DNA from: Paraspadella gotoi
Taxonomy: Eukaryota; Animalia; Chaetognatha
NCBI GenBank assembly: GCA_051294375.1
Contig: CM119269.1
Coordinates: 9,001,619 to 9,065,618, forward strand
Direction of reading: 5' to 3'
Length of the DNA: 64,000 bases
Below, one piece after another: positions 15,455 to 28,500 of the stretch. The position numbers were made by a program, and so were the translations under genes. Each line of letters starts with the position of its first letter. Position 1 is the first letter of the stretch. The notes under the pieces were generated by a model, which worked only from the letters and a program-made list of their open reading frames with translations, did not search any database and was not told the origin of the DNA.

Positions 15455-16374
15455 CTCTCTCATCTCTCGTCTCTCTTCTCTCTCGTCTCATCTCTCTCAA
15501 TCTTTCAATCTCCCTCTCTGTCTCCTTAACGACTCTATTTTATATACAGGATTTCCAGGTGGAAGCGGACATGCGAAGAGACAGATGCCGTGGAAAGTTG
15601 CAACGGAACATCCGCGTGGAAAGTGATAACAGCAGTCAGTTTTTTATACAGTTTTGGGGTCGATAGCAGATGCAGTTGAGTTTATAGATACAAGTGCTGC
15701 AACTGCTGCATAAACCAATGTATCGACTACCACAGATACGGTGGCTTTTACAGAAGCAACGATGATTACAGATGGATTGCGATTGTAGGTGCATCGCCGA
15801 TAAAATATGATGCGGCAATTACAACTACAACGCCGATAACAGATGCAAGGGACTTAACAGGTGCAACAACGGATGAAAGGAGAGACGCAACAGAACCCGT
15901 CGATATAAATCCGAGATAATCTCGTTAAAGAAGAGAAGTTGGAAAAAAGATTTTTACCTTGACATTTTATTGATGGTCTCTGCTCCCTCACTCTCATCAT
16001 CTCTCCTCTCTCTCCTCCTCTTCTTCTCTCCTCTCGTCTCTCTCTCTCTATCTCTGTCTCCTCTCTGGACTTTTCTCGACCTCCTGGTGCAAACAACAGG
16101 ATGTGGTTGTCTTCTTTCTAAATATCGAGAGCTTCGACTCTCTCCCTCACTTCACTGACCCTTTTCCTCTTACTACTCTCTCTCTCTCTCCCTCCTTCCC
16201 GTCATCTCTCTCTCTCTCTCTCTCCTCTTTTCCTCTCTCTCTCTCTCCTCTCCTCTGCTATCCTCTCCTCTCATCTTCGCTCTCATCTCTCTCTCTCCTC
16301 TCTCATCTCGTCTTTCCTCCTATCTCCTCTCTCTCCTCTCTCTCCTCTCTCTCTCATCTTCCTGTCAATAGCAG

Positions 16375-19300
16375 ACAATAAAATCAGCCATCTGACCGAA
16401 AAGGGTTGGGTCGTCGAGTCGAGGGCGAAACGCAAGAGGCCACGATCCCCGAGCAAAGAAAACGACAAAAGGCCGGTAGAGCGGGGAAGGTTGCGTCGGG
16501 TCGACTTCTTGAAGGCGGGAGCATGAGTCGAACATCTTTTGCTCTCGAACTCCTGTCACCTCCCCTTGGCCACTCCATCCAGGCCGCTAACCTTTGCTCC
16601 AACCCATAAGCCATCGGTGCCATTTTTTTTGCCATCCACGCCATCAGGCGTTATCTTTTGCACCAACGGCTATCGGTGGCCATTTTTGCCCCCACGGGCT
16701 TGCAATTGGTCGCCCTTTATTCTAGCCACCTCCACTCCCCAGTCGTCCATCAGCGGCGCATCGTTGCCCCAACCACCCATACCATCCCATTCGGTGGCAC
16801 TTTGCCAGCTCTCAAGCCATTCCTCTCGGTTTTTTTTGCCCACCCAACGGCCAATCGGGCGCCATCGTTGCCACCTCCATAGCCATCGACCACGGAACTC
16901 CGTGCCGCTGCCCTTCGCCACATCTTGTAATTGCACCCCACTGCCTACTCTCTACCACGAAGCTAGTTCCAACCCCCCACACGCCGCCACCTCCGCCATG
17001 TCCTTCGTCGCCATCCCTGCCCATTCCCCTCGGTTGACCCCTTTCCCTCCACCCCAAAACCTTCTTCGGCCCCGCGACATCAACTCCGTCTAGCAGAAGG
17101 AGAACACAGAAAATGAACTGAAGGATGTACGTTTCGGGGGCGGAGGATAATTACCGAGTGAGAGCAATCAAAGGGGGGCTTGGAACCTGAAGAGGAGAGG
17201 GGAAGGAGAGAGGACGGAAGAGGAGAGGGAAGAGAGAGGAGAGAGGAGGAGACGGAGAACAACTAAGTGGCGTGACCGGAAGAGGAGAAGGGGAGGGAGA
17301 GGGAGACCGAGAGAGGGAAAGGAGACGGAAGAAAAACTAGTGGGCTTGGACCGGAGAGGAGAGGGAGAAGGAGAGTCGGTGGAGGGAGAAGGGAGAGAAG
17401 AGAAGAGAAGACGAGAAGAGGAGGAGACGAGAACAACTAGTGGGCTTGCGACCGGAAGAGGAGAGGGAGCGGAGAGGGAGCGGGGAGAGGGAGCACAGAG
17501 GGAGGAGGAGACGGAGAACAACTAGTGGGCTTTGACCGGAGAGGGAGGGAAGTGAGAAGGGAGGGGAGGAGAGGGAGGAAAGAAGGGAGAGAAGGAAAGT
17601 AGGAGAGAAGGGAAGAAAATAGGGAAGGAGGAGAAAGAGGGAGGACCGGAAGAAGAATGAGGGGAAGGAGGAGAAGTGAAGGGAGGACAAGAATGAGAAA
17701 GAAGATATTATAGGTTTTGGTGTAAAACGATGGGAAAAAAGAAAGTTATTCAGGCGGTCAAGAGAAGATAATAATAAAAAGCAATAAGAAAAGATAGAAA
17801 GGAAAAAAGGAGAAGAGAGATTTTTGTTGTCGATTCCTGCCAGAAAAGGTGGTGGAGGAGATACCGAGAGAGACGAGACGAGGAGAGAGAGAGAGAGAGA
17901 GCGAGGAGAAGAGAGAGGAGAGAGAGAACAGAAGATGAGGGATGGAGAAGAATAAGAGGAGAGGAGGAGAGAGAGATAGAGAGAGTAGAAGAGAGAGAGA
18001 GAGAAAAATGGCCATTGACAATTGACTGTCTCTCGGGCGGAGAAGCCGGCACGAGAGAGAGAGACGATGAGAGGAGAGGAGAGTAGAGGAGAGAGAGAGA
18101 TCAGCCAGAGAGACCGAGAGAGAGACGAGACGAGACTGAGAGAGAAGAGAGAAAATAAGTGTGCTCTGGCGCCTCATCAAACTGAAATCGTCATTCCAAC
18201 TCTTCGGAAGTGAAGCAGGTGCGCGGTGAATCCAAAGGGAGCAAGGTGAATGGGTTGGTAGATCTTACCGTATTTAGCTGCTATTTCCAATGCACGCTGG
18301 AAAGAGAAGCGAGAGAATAGTTCAGTCGGGCGGAAGAAGCAGGCGGTACGGCGTGGGGGCTGGAAGAACGGTGAGCACCGAAGTCTGCCCACCGACACCC
18401 ACGAACCGCTGAGTCCCGCGAGGGTGAAATAAGAGCAACATCCGTGATGGTAGCTGGAGAGCGCGGAGAGAGCACTGAGAGAGAGAGGAGAGAAGAGAGA
18501 GCAGAGAGAGAAGAAGAGAGAGAGAGACGAGAGGAGAGAGAGAATGGCGGGGCCCTCGTTTCGTTTTACAACAAATTGCAAGACTCTGTCTGAATCGAAC
18601 CTCGTTTTTTATCCAAAGTCGAAGGACGAAATTTCCATTGAGCGACTCCCACCCTCTGACTCAAGTCTCAACCAAGACTCGCCAATATATTCTCTCACTT
18701 AGCCCCCCCCCCGTTTCCTTACCTAACTTTTTCCTTTCTTTTCTGTCTCAAGTTTCTTCAAAAAAGTTTTCTGAAAAACGACACTGAAAAAGACAAAACA
18801 ATTAAAATCTTTTTATCGTTATCTTTTGCTTTTTTGTTTTCGTATAAAAACTTGCCAACCCCTCCGCCTCACCTGCTCCACCCCCACCCTCTCCACCGCC
18901 TTAAGCGCCCTCTCCGCCCCCTAAAACCGACCCCCCGCCACCACCTCTGCGCCCTCTCACGTGAGACCCTTCGATCCCGCGAGGATTTACGACGAAGAGT
19001 CGAGCAATGAAGGCGTCAGGTGTCGGTGCAGCGTGGTGCGGCATTGGGGCATACGCGTGCGGTATCGAGGGAAAGTATCGGGAGGAAAAAGGACACGATC
19101 GTGCAGTTTATTCAGTAGCACTAGGGAGTCCTCGGCCAATGCCTTACCGCAGTATTATGCTGCTAACGCCTTAACTGGTAATATTTAACAATGGACATCA
19201 TTGTACATTTTTGGGTCGCATTAAGACTCATCGAGCCTCATCGGTTGTCCAGAAGCAGCATTTGGCTTTCTTTGCCCTCAGCCATACATTTACAAGACAT

Positions 19301-21200
19301 TTAATGAATATATAAAATAAATGAATTTTTTTTTTTTTTTTTTTTTGAGACCCAATCAGAAAAAATATTTCAAAAGAAACAAGAACGAAAATTCATATGT
19401 TGTGTTGCGCCGCAGTGACTTTGTTATCCCGTGTATTTCCGTGTATTTCATTGGAAAAACTTTTTTATTTTTTATAGTTTATTTAAAAAACAAAAGGTGG
19501 CGCTAGCAGTCGCGTATATTTTTTACCAAGATTGGGCGAGTTATCAGCTTTATTAATATAAGTGGAACAGAACGACGGACAGACATACCGACCGACCGAC
19601 TGACCGACCGAAAAGAAATTAAAAAGTATATGTTGGTAATTTATTCTAATACAAGATAAGGTTTACTTTTTTGAAAATTATATTTATATCATGGTATTAC
19701 AAATATTTTAATAAAATAAATGTTTTGATTGAAATAGACTCGGGAATTGTTGTTCTGATTATCAAACAATTTTTAGAATGTAGAACGAAAATATTTTTTG
19801 TTGTTGAAATGTGGTAGATTAAGTTAATAATTGAAGCAATTGCTAGTAAAGCATTCCAGAATTTGAAAGACCTGAGATGAGATCATGAGAGAATAAATTA
19901 TTTGTTACTTGGCCTGGAAGAAGAAAAAAAAAATTTTATTACTGGCTAAAAAAACAACAAACTTCCCTAAAAAAGGTTTAATTTTTTGTGTGTTTCTTAA
20001 AAAACACGTGACTTCTAAGAACTCACATGGCTCAAAAAAATCACGTGACTTCTAAACTCACGTGACTTAGAAAATCAGGTAACTAATGAAATTTGGGTTT
20101 CGTTTCGGCAGAGATGAGAGCATCTGTGGCTCAAACCGAATTTCGCCGGCGTCGCGCATTGATACCCAAAATTGCCTCACCTTCCCTTTTAGGCAATTCT
20201 GCTTTCCTTCTTCCCTCCTTCCCTTCTTCCCTTCTTCCCTTCTTCCNNNNNNNNNNNNNNNNNNNNNNNNNNNNNNNNNNNNNNNNNNNNNNNNNNNNNN
20301 NNNNNNNNNNNNNNNNNNNNNNNNNNNNNNNNNNNNNNNNNNNNNNNNNNNNNNNNNNNNNNNNNNNNNNNNNNNNNNNNNNNNNNNNNNNNNNNNNNNN
20401 NNNNNNNNNNNNNNNNNNNNNNNNNNNNNNNNNNNNNNNNNNNNNNNNNNNNNNNNNNNNNNNNNNNNNNNNNNNNNNNNNNNNNNNNNNNNNNNNNNNN
20501 NNNNNNNNNNNNNNNNNNNNNNNNNNNNNNNNNNNNNNNNNNNNNNNNNNNNNNNNNNNNNNNNNNNNNNNNNNNNNNNNNNNNNNNNNNNNNNNNNNNN
20601 NNNNNNNNNNNNNNNNNNNNNNNNNNNNNNNNNNNNNNNNNNNNNNNNNNNNNNNNNNNNNNNNNNNNNNNNNNNNNNNNNNNNNNNNNNNNNNNNNNNN
20701 NNNNNNNNNNNNNNNNNNNNNNNNNNNNNNNNNNNNNNNNNNNNNNNNNNNNNNNNNNNNNNNNNNNNNNNNNNNNNNNNNNNNNNNNNNNNNNNNNNNN
20801 NNNNNNNNNNNNNNNNNNNNNNNNNNNNNNNNNNNNNNNNNNNNNNNNNNNNNNNNNNNNNNNNNNNNNNNNNNNNNNNNNNNNNNNNNNNNNNNNNNNN
20901 NNNNNNNNNNNNNNNNNNNNNNNNNNNNNNNNNNNNNNNNNNNNNNNNNNNNNNNNNNNNNNNNNNNNNNNNNNNNNNNNNNNNNNNNNNNNNNNNNNNN
21001 NNNNNNNNNNNNNNNNNTTGAACCTGATTCAAAGTCATGCCTAAAATGTTGCAGGCAAAAAAACACATCTCTTGGTAGAGATATACGCGCAGATGCAAAC
21101 AGTGATGCACACACATACAATCAGTCGCTCGCGAGAAGCTGTCGCCAGCGCTCTCACGTAGCGGAGTCAACACGAGTTAAGAATTTCACTTCGGCAGTCG
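16375..21200 (-). CDS. Fragments of a probable multi-exon membrane-protein gene, tentatively polycystin (PKD1L/PKD2-type channel domain); indel-damaged sequence
   Basis: Candidate exons, allowing frameshifts: ~21200-21020 (RERLIVCVCITVCICAYIS / LPRDVFFCLQHFRHDF), ~20200-20080 (NCLKGKVRQFWVS), ~19150-18961 (AEDSLVLLNKLHDR...AFIARLFVVNPRG, donor GTGAGA), 18453-~18269 (pyrimidine tract + CAG; donor GTAAGA), 17186-~17090 (PETYILQFIFCVLLLLDG), 16552-~16375 (KDVRLMLP/AFKKSTRRNLP...FLCSGIVASCV). The order recalls S1, TOP domain (LLG..RLRQLRV; ES..LL..L), S3 and S4-S5 of polycystins. Confidence 0.35.
17245..17560. repeat. ~75-100-bp purine-rich minisatellite, 4 copies with core GAGACGGAGAACAACTAGTGGGCTTGACCGGA
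   Basis: The core recurs near 17250, 17322, 17424 and 17508. Confidence 0.8.
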
Positions 21201-21496
21201 GTATTTTTTGTCGGTCGAGACTTAATTCGTTTGGTCGACTTGTCGGGTGGCCAATATCGTGTTAAGAGGAATTGTGTCTTTATTAATTAAATATAGACTG
21301 AACGCTGGTAATGTAATATAAATGACAGAATCAATGACACTCAATGACAAGGGCAGCTAAGCATCCTGTTATGTTTTAATACTACTATATATTCATTTCA
21401 TTTCTTGAGTTTGCGTGTTTTTTTTTGTTTCATTGACATTGAGCGGGAAGTTTTTTTTCGTTCATTATATGTGAAGTGAATATTAATTTATTCAAA

Positions 21497-22219
21497 AGCC
21501 GTAGAGAACACTCAAGGTTTTATTCGGCTAAAATAAACGTTTTTATGTGTTTCGGTTCAAAGACCGAAAATAAAAATAAATAAAAAAAGAGAACATTGTA
21601 TAACTTTTCATTCGCATTGGGCGACAAAAAAAGTTAAGGTTAACAAAAAAGTGAAAAAAAACTTACATGGGATATGAATGTGAATAGAAAAAAGTACAAG
21701 AGACGTAACAAGGAGAAGAAAATAGCAGTTAATATTTCTTTGAGTTACAAACTTAAACTGGGATAATGCCATGCGAATAATTGATATTCGTTATAGCCAA
21801 ATTAAATTAATCTGATTATGAAAAGAATCCAAGTTTTGACCAAAAGGAGAGAGCCGTTAGAGGAACACTCAAGTTTTTATTCGGCTAAACATAAACGTTT
21901 TTTATGTGTTTTCGGTCAAAGACGCGAAAATAAAAATAAATAAAAAAGAGAACAATTGTATAACTTTTCATTGCATTGGGCGACCAAAAAAGTTAAGGCT
22001 AAAAGAAGAAAGTGAAAACAAAAAAACTTACATGAGACAGATCGAATGTGAATAGGAAAAAGAGGAAAAAGAACGTAACAAGGCGAAGAAAATAGCAGTT
22101 AATATATTTCCTGTGAGTTACAAACATAAACTGGGATATATGCCCATGTGAATAATTGAATATTCGTTATGGTCCCAATTAAAATTAATCTGATTATGGA
22201 AAAGAATCCAAGGTTTTGA
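21497..22219. repeat. ~350-bp tandem duplication
   Basis: AGCCGT(T)AGAG(G)AACACTCAAG...AAAAGAATCCAAG(G)TTTTGA occurs at ~21497-21838 and ~21853-22219; the copies differ mostly by indels. Confidence 0.85.
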
Positions 22220-23009
22220 GAAATTGTTCTTTTCTTCTTATTCAGTTCTTAGATTCCTATTCGCCGTTCGCGAGGACAGACGAACGCGTATGTGTAATAA
22301 TACGCTTGTTGTTTTTGCCTATGCTGTTTACTAGGTTGTTAAGATCAAATGATAAATAGATGCTTATATAATGGTTTTGTATTGTACTATCGTTTGTTAA
22401 TCTCGTGCGTTTATTAAACTACATTCTATTTTCAGTATTACTAATTATTTTATTAAAATTAAAATTAACTTTAAACGACGATGACGAAGACGAACCGACG
22501 ACGACAACGGACGACGACAACAGAAGTAACTGTTCCTCATGGTACGCAATAAATTGTTTTAAAAAAAAATATATGAAAAAATATAAATACAAAAACTTTC
22601 ATCCAAAGTCGTTGAGAAGGAAATAAAAGCTTCATCGAGGCGAACATAACTGTCGCATGTATCAGGATTATATAATCAGCAGAAGCAGAGAGAAGGGGGG
22701 GCCGCCTTGCGAGGTGGCGAGCGGCGTTGTTTGCGGCCATTGCCTGCGGCCCTCCTTCGTCGACAGCCGCCGAGGGGGCAGTCCTTCCGCCCCACCCTCA
22801 ACTCTGCCCTCAACGAAACGAGGACGCCGAGCGGCTTTTTTTGTCTTGGATTCCGAGCGACTCGCGTTTTTTATTGGTCTGATCAACGGCGAGGGGATGG
22901 TCGATAACGAGGAGAAGGGGGAGGGTATTCCCGCGAGGGAGAGAGAGAGCAGAGAAGAGGGAGGAGAGAGCATAAGAGAGAGAGAGAGAGAGCAGAGAGA
23001 GAGAGAGAT

Positions 23010-23051
<42 letters not shown>

Positions 23052-23375
23052 CAACTTTTTAAGTTACATATAANNNNNNNNNNNNNNNNNNNNNNNNNAA
23101 AAACAGGAAAAAAATGGCATCGATGGAATTGAATCGCGGTTCCACCACAACGACAACAACAACGACGACCATTGTTTTCCGATGACCAAATCGACGACTC
23201 AAGAAAACAAAAGAAATCCTCGTTCCATAAATCTCAAAGATAAAAACTTAAAATGGTGAAAAAGTGTCTAAAAATAGTATCATTTTGATTTTTGAAAAGT
23301 CGTAAAAAAAGCTATGATGGATGGGATTTTTGGGTGAAAGATTTGAATGGAACCGACGTAACCTTGGCCGCCGCC

Positions 23376-23478
<103 letters not shown>

Positions 23479-24014
23479 TCAATATTTAGGGCGACCACGC
23501 TGTCGAATCACCATTAAGAGTTGTCATAATCGTGTTTTCTTTTGTTCTCCGATTCTTAATCTCGTTTTCCTTTTTTTCTTCTTTTCATATTCGATTGACT
23601 TCTACGATCCTATTTCTCTTTCTTCCTTTTTATGTGGATTTTCTAATATTTTTTTCTCCCATTTTTTTTATTTCCTACCTTCTCTCTTTACAGTGGTTTC
23701 AAAAAGAAGAAAAAAACCTTTCTTTTTTCCCCCTGAAATAAGTGAAAGAGAAAAATTAACCCAGATACTCGCGACATTAAAAACTTTGTTGCAATGGAAG
23801 CTAAAAAAAAATAACGATTGTGATATGCTTTTATTATTTCGGAAAATATTTTATTTCACACTTTGAATCGTCTTAAAATTCGACATTTACTTTTATAGAA
23901 GACCCAAATACATACGTACGTGCAAAAAAAAAGGAAACATTTTCCAATGATACACATACTATCTAATAGTAATATTTCTATAATAATTAGTCAGTTTCAA
24001 AATATCTAACAATA

Positions 24015-25350
24015 TCAAATCATGAAACAAAAAAGCTCAGACATTAACTCAGGCACATGAGTCACATCTTTCCATCCTTCACTCTCCGTTACTTTTCCCG
24101 CGTTTTGTTTGATAAACTCTTTGCATCTTTTCTTCAATTCGCCGCAATCGTGAAGATGAGCAGCTCGCAAAAAGTCGCACACATTTTCCGTGGACATTAT
24201 CCTCCTCATCGCCTCGACGCAGATTCCCTTCATCTCGGTCATTCCCATTTCCTCGACTTTGGGCAGAATTTCCACGGCGTGGTCCTCGATGCCTTCGTCC
24301 ACGGTTCCAGTGTAGAGATACTTCAAGATGAATTCGAAGGCTTCGGCTCCGATGCCGATCATCTCCACTCGTCCGGTCGTATCTTCGGTCATTCCGCTGG
24401 TCAACATCTTGGCGAAGTAAGGAGATCTCGTCTTGAGAATGAGACGATGAGCTTTCAGTTCTCGTCCGTCGACGGAGATCGTGACGTCGGCGTCGTCCCC
24501 GGATGTCAACAGGGAAGAGAAATCGTCAATGAGTCTTTTTTGCAGATGGTCGCGTGAATCGTTGTCTCGGGGTTCAAAGTTGCTGAATATTTCTTTTTCT
24601 TCGAAATTCAAGTCTGAGCAAATTAGTCTCACGAATATTTCGTCGATCGGAAGATCGATCAATGTATACGCGATCTGGAAACGCGTTATGCTGCCTTCCA
24701 CCGCGTCTTTTTCAAATTTAAATCTATTTTTATTCGCAGCTGGAATGACGCCGTTAATTTCGACGCTTAAAATAGTTCCGGTCACAAAATTGCAGGGTGG
24801 AAGATCGAAAGAGAATTGCAAAGTGTCTCCGTACGAATCCTGAAAGAAAAGATCAGGTTTTCAAACCTCCTAGGGGATCTTAACCACTGGCGTGGTTGTA
24901 CTGTTACGGGCCTTGCCTCGTTTCCGGCTTAGCAGTTTAACAGCTGAAGCAAAAAATAATGATACGGAGCTTATTTCTAACCCCACTCTAGCAACCATGG
25001 AACGGGTCGTGGGCTTAAGGGGTTGTTTACGCCCCATGACGGCCCTCATGCTTTCGGGAGGTACCATCATGGTCATGATTTAAAAAGTTATACGAGATAA
25101 TTGAAACAGGGCAATCCCAGCTACAGTTCTAAGACAATCAATGTTCTCAAATAAAATATTTCTGCTAAATATGAGGGAGAACGTAATACGTACGTACCGA
25201 GGTTGTACGAAATACATCGAAGTACGCGCATCCATCAGTTGAATCAAAAGTGTAATTAAAAGTAGATCTCATTTCATTCCGTCGATTTACGACAACAGGA
25301 ATCGAATCGAGTCGAATGGATTTGACGAAAATGTTTTTGAAAATATTCAT
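24015..25350 (-). CDS. BTB/POZ + BACK-like protein (SPOP/TDPOZ-like Cullin-3 adaptor), 325 aa, 2 exons (25350-25198; 24839-24015)
   Basis: Exon 1 MNIFKNIF...FRTTS ends at TCG|GTACGT; the acceptor TTTTCTTTCAG|GAT joins in phase 0. BTB motifs: DFSSLLTSGDDADVTISVDGRELKAHRLILKTRSPYFAKML, MTEDTTGRVEM, AFEFILKYLYTG. SPOP-like tail: STENVCDFLRAAHLHDCGELKKRCKEFIKQN...ESEGWKDV. Confidence 0.9.
24860..25080 (-). ncRNA. Candidate structured intronic RNA or element in the BTB gene intron (H/ACA-like geometry)
   Basis: GC-richer block with several hairpins on the sense strand: an ANANNA box (AAATAA) after one hairpin and ACA-NNN after another. See findings. Confidence 0.3.
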
Positions 25351-25498
25351 GGCGAAAGAATAACTAACTGAAAATAAAACGTTAAAATACTTATTTAGAT
25401 AATTCTTGCTTTATCGCGAGAAAAACAAAAGCGGACAGAGGCGTTTGATTGGCGAAACTGAGAGAGAAAGAGAGAGAAGAGAGAGAGAGAGAGAGAGA

Positions 25499-25552
<54 letters not shown>

Positions 25553-28500
25553 GCGATGAGTGCAGAGACAACCAGTTTGGAGGACCGGTTTATCGACTTT
25601 GTCCCTCACACGAATCTTTCGATGTCTCTCTTTCAGTAAAGGCTTCACCTCTCTTTCTGAAAAAAACAAAAAAAAAAAAAACATTTACAGTCGAATAATA
25701 GTGATAATAATAAATTAAGATTAAAATGTAATAGAACAACAAAATTGATTTGAGTTAATTTTAAAAAATCAATTTTTGTTCAAGCGTTTTCTTTACTTAA
25801 ATTTAATGTATCTTAAAAATGTATTGTTTCATCAATTAATTTCCATTAAATTCCATTTATTCCACATATTTGTTTCATGCATTCTCAACGGTTTCCACAC
25901 ATTTCATCGACTTTCCTCCTACGATTTTGTCGATTTTTCTCTCAATCTGCATTTCTATTATTCCTTCGATTTTCATTTATTCAACCAATTTATACAATTT
26001 TCATCGATTTCCATTTATTCGATAGATTTTTTTTTCTTCATAAATTTCCATAATTTCTATCAAAATACTCATATCTGATTTCCATAGATTTCCATTCTTT
26101 CATTATTATTATTGATTTATATTCATTTTATTCGATTTTTCTTTCATGTCCTGATTCATTCTATATCATTCATTCTCTATCAAATCTTTCCAATTCACCA
26201 TCAATTTCTATGTTTTTCTATCGTTTCCATTCATTCCACGTCCCTTGGATTTCCATCAACGCGCACAACTATCGCGGCATTCTCGACTCGAATCGGCGGT
26301 CGAAGGGATCGGGAGCACTCCGAAGGCCGGTCAAAATGGGGAGAGGATGAGAAGAGTAGGGAGGAGGATAGATGACCACAACAGCACAGGAGAGGAGGAG
26401 GACGAGGACTAGAGGAGGGGGAGGCCAGGAAAAGGAAAATGAGGTTAGAGAAGGCTTGATAAATTTTCCCAACCAAGATGTAAGTAGATGTATAGTTTTC
26501 CCTTTCACTTTTCGACTCTAACTCTCTCCCGTCTCTCTCTCTCTCCTCTCTCTCTACTCCTCTCCTCTCTCCTCCTCTCATCTCTCCTCTCTCATCCTCT
26601 CTCCGTTCACTCTCGCTCTTCCTCTCCTTCCTCTCTGCTCACTGGGATGTCCCCTCATGAACTGACGTGTGCATGCGAATGGTCCAGCACTACCTCCTTT
26701 GCTCGTCTCTCTTTAAGAACTCTTTTAAATTAAATCCTTAATTGTTCAGTGAGCGGGCGGGATAAATCACTTAATTTCTAATATGTTCCAACTCCTTAAC
26801 CCAGACAAACTACACACTACTCAATTCGAGGTTGTTCCACACCGTATGGATGAAATATAAATATAACATCTTCACAGCATTCATAAAAAAAAATAGAAGG
26901 TTGAGGATGGGAATTTGAGTTTGAGCCGGAAAACAGAAATAGGAGAGACGAAGGAATCTATCTTACATCGAGGTGTGATGTTCGATGGTTTGCTTCGTCT
27001 CGTTGTCGTTGTCGTAGTGTCTTTGGCAGTCGTCTATATCGTCTCGTTCGTTCGTCGTCATCCCCAGTAAATAGCAGAAACGTCACTTTGGTTTTTTTAA
27101 ACCGACAACTAAATTTGCCACGGTCATTTCGATACGGGTGCCTCAATCTCTAACATTGTTGCCCACCAGGAGATCTCGCCTCCGCTGCAGCCTCCAGCGC
27201 CGGAAGCGCCGCTGCCCGCCGGGGTCGCACGCCGCCATGGCCGCCTGCCGCGCCGCCCGCCGCCGCCAGGGGCCGCCGCGGTGGCCGCCGCAACCGAAGC
27301 CGAAAGGTTTTTAATGAATCTTAAATTTTCTCCGCCAGATTTTTTTTCAGTCCAGAAATGTCTTAAATAAGCATCTGATGTAGGCACAACAGCAAAAGAG
27401 AGAGAGAGGAGAGGAGAGAAGACATGAAAAAAATTTTTACGAAATGATCAGGTTTTTTATCTCTTTCGGATGGAAAAAACGAGGCGTCGGACGAAAAGAG
27501 GAAGAAGGCGCCCGTATTTTTTAGTTTAGGCACGTGAGTTTAGGATGCATCCTTTGTATGAGGGTGGCGGGAAGTAAAGATGCTTATTATTAAGGAGCCA
27601 GGAATTAGGTGTCTGTATTCACAGCGAAAAGAATAGAAGTCATTCGATATGAAATTCGATTGTAAATGATCGTTCCAAAACGGCACGACAGATTGGAAAT
27701 AAACGGGTCTCTTTTCCAAAGCACGCCCATTTTTGGTTCATTAATTAAAATCCAAATTTTTTTACCCTAATCAATGTGTTTAACTATAACCAAAATTTTT
27801 AGTCTTATTTTCACACTTCAAAATCAAATCGGAAGATCTCTAACACTATGACGTGGACGGGTATAACTAACTGTAATCTTAGTTTCTTTTCCCAATCAGT
27901 AATCCTAACGGTAAGCCATATGCCGATGAACATTTAAATGCTAAGTAATTCAGCGTTAAAATAATCTATCAAATGACAATGGGATATGTATTAGGAGATA
28001 TTTTGTGTTCGAAGAAAATGCTCTGTGGCGTAGGGTACTCGCCCTAATTAAAAATTATATATTATATAGAGCAAGGAGAAATATTTTTTTTTAAATCTTA
28101 AAAATTGAGATTGCTGAAGAGCATGAAAAAGTTGTAAAACAATAAATAAAGATTCAGAGCTTAAAAAATGCTTATGTTTGCTAAGTGAAAATATAAAAAA
28201 GAGAGATAATCATCGAAAAGATGAAGAGATATTTTTATAGTTTTTCATTATTTTTTGAACAACACTTAAACGTAAAAAAATTGTAAAAAAGAATCCATAC
28301 TTGGTTAAACAATCTTTAATGGACTATCTGAATCTTGTCTTAAAAAATTAAAAATCAAAAAAAAATTTTAGGGCTTGATTATGTATATAATATTAAAGTC
28401 AATCTCTAAGTAAATAATATCTAAGTAAATAAATATAAAACAATTAATTACTAGGTATCAGAGCCCTATTGAAATTTTTGTCATAGAAAGTAAATTCTTA

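Noticed and set aside
15550-15920. Thr/Ala/Asp-rich mucin-like exon
   Set aside because: Stops interrupt the frames on both strands, and a similar triplet-periodic stretch occurs inside DNAI4 intron 8. Coding status cannot be supported.
20067-21265. Long 311-390-aa ORFs, and likewise those at ~8200-8840, ~29700-30350 and ~44085-44830
   Set aside because: They are open only because they run through N-gaps.
24057-24843. Plus-strand ORFs overlapping the BTB exon
   Set aside because: Antisense shadows of the real - strand CDS.
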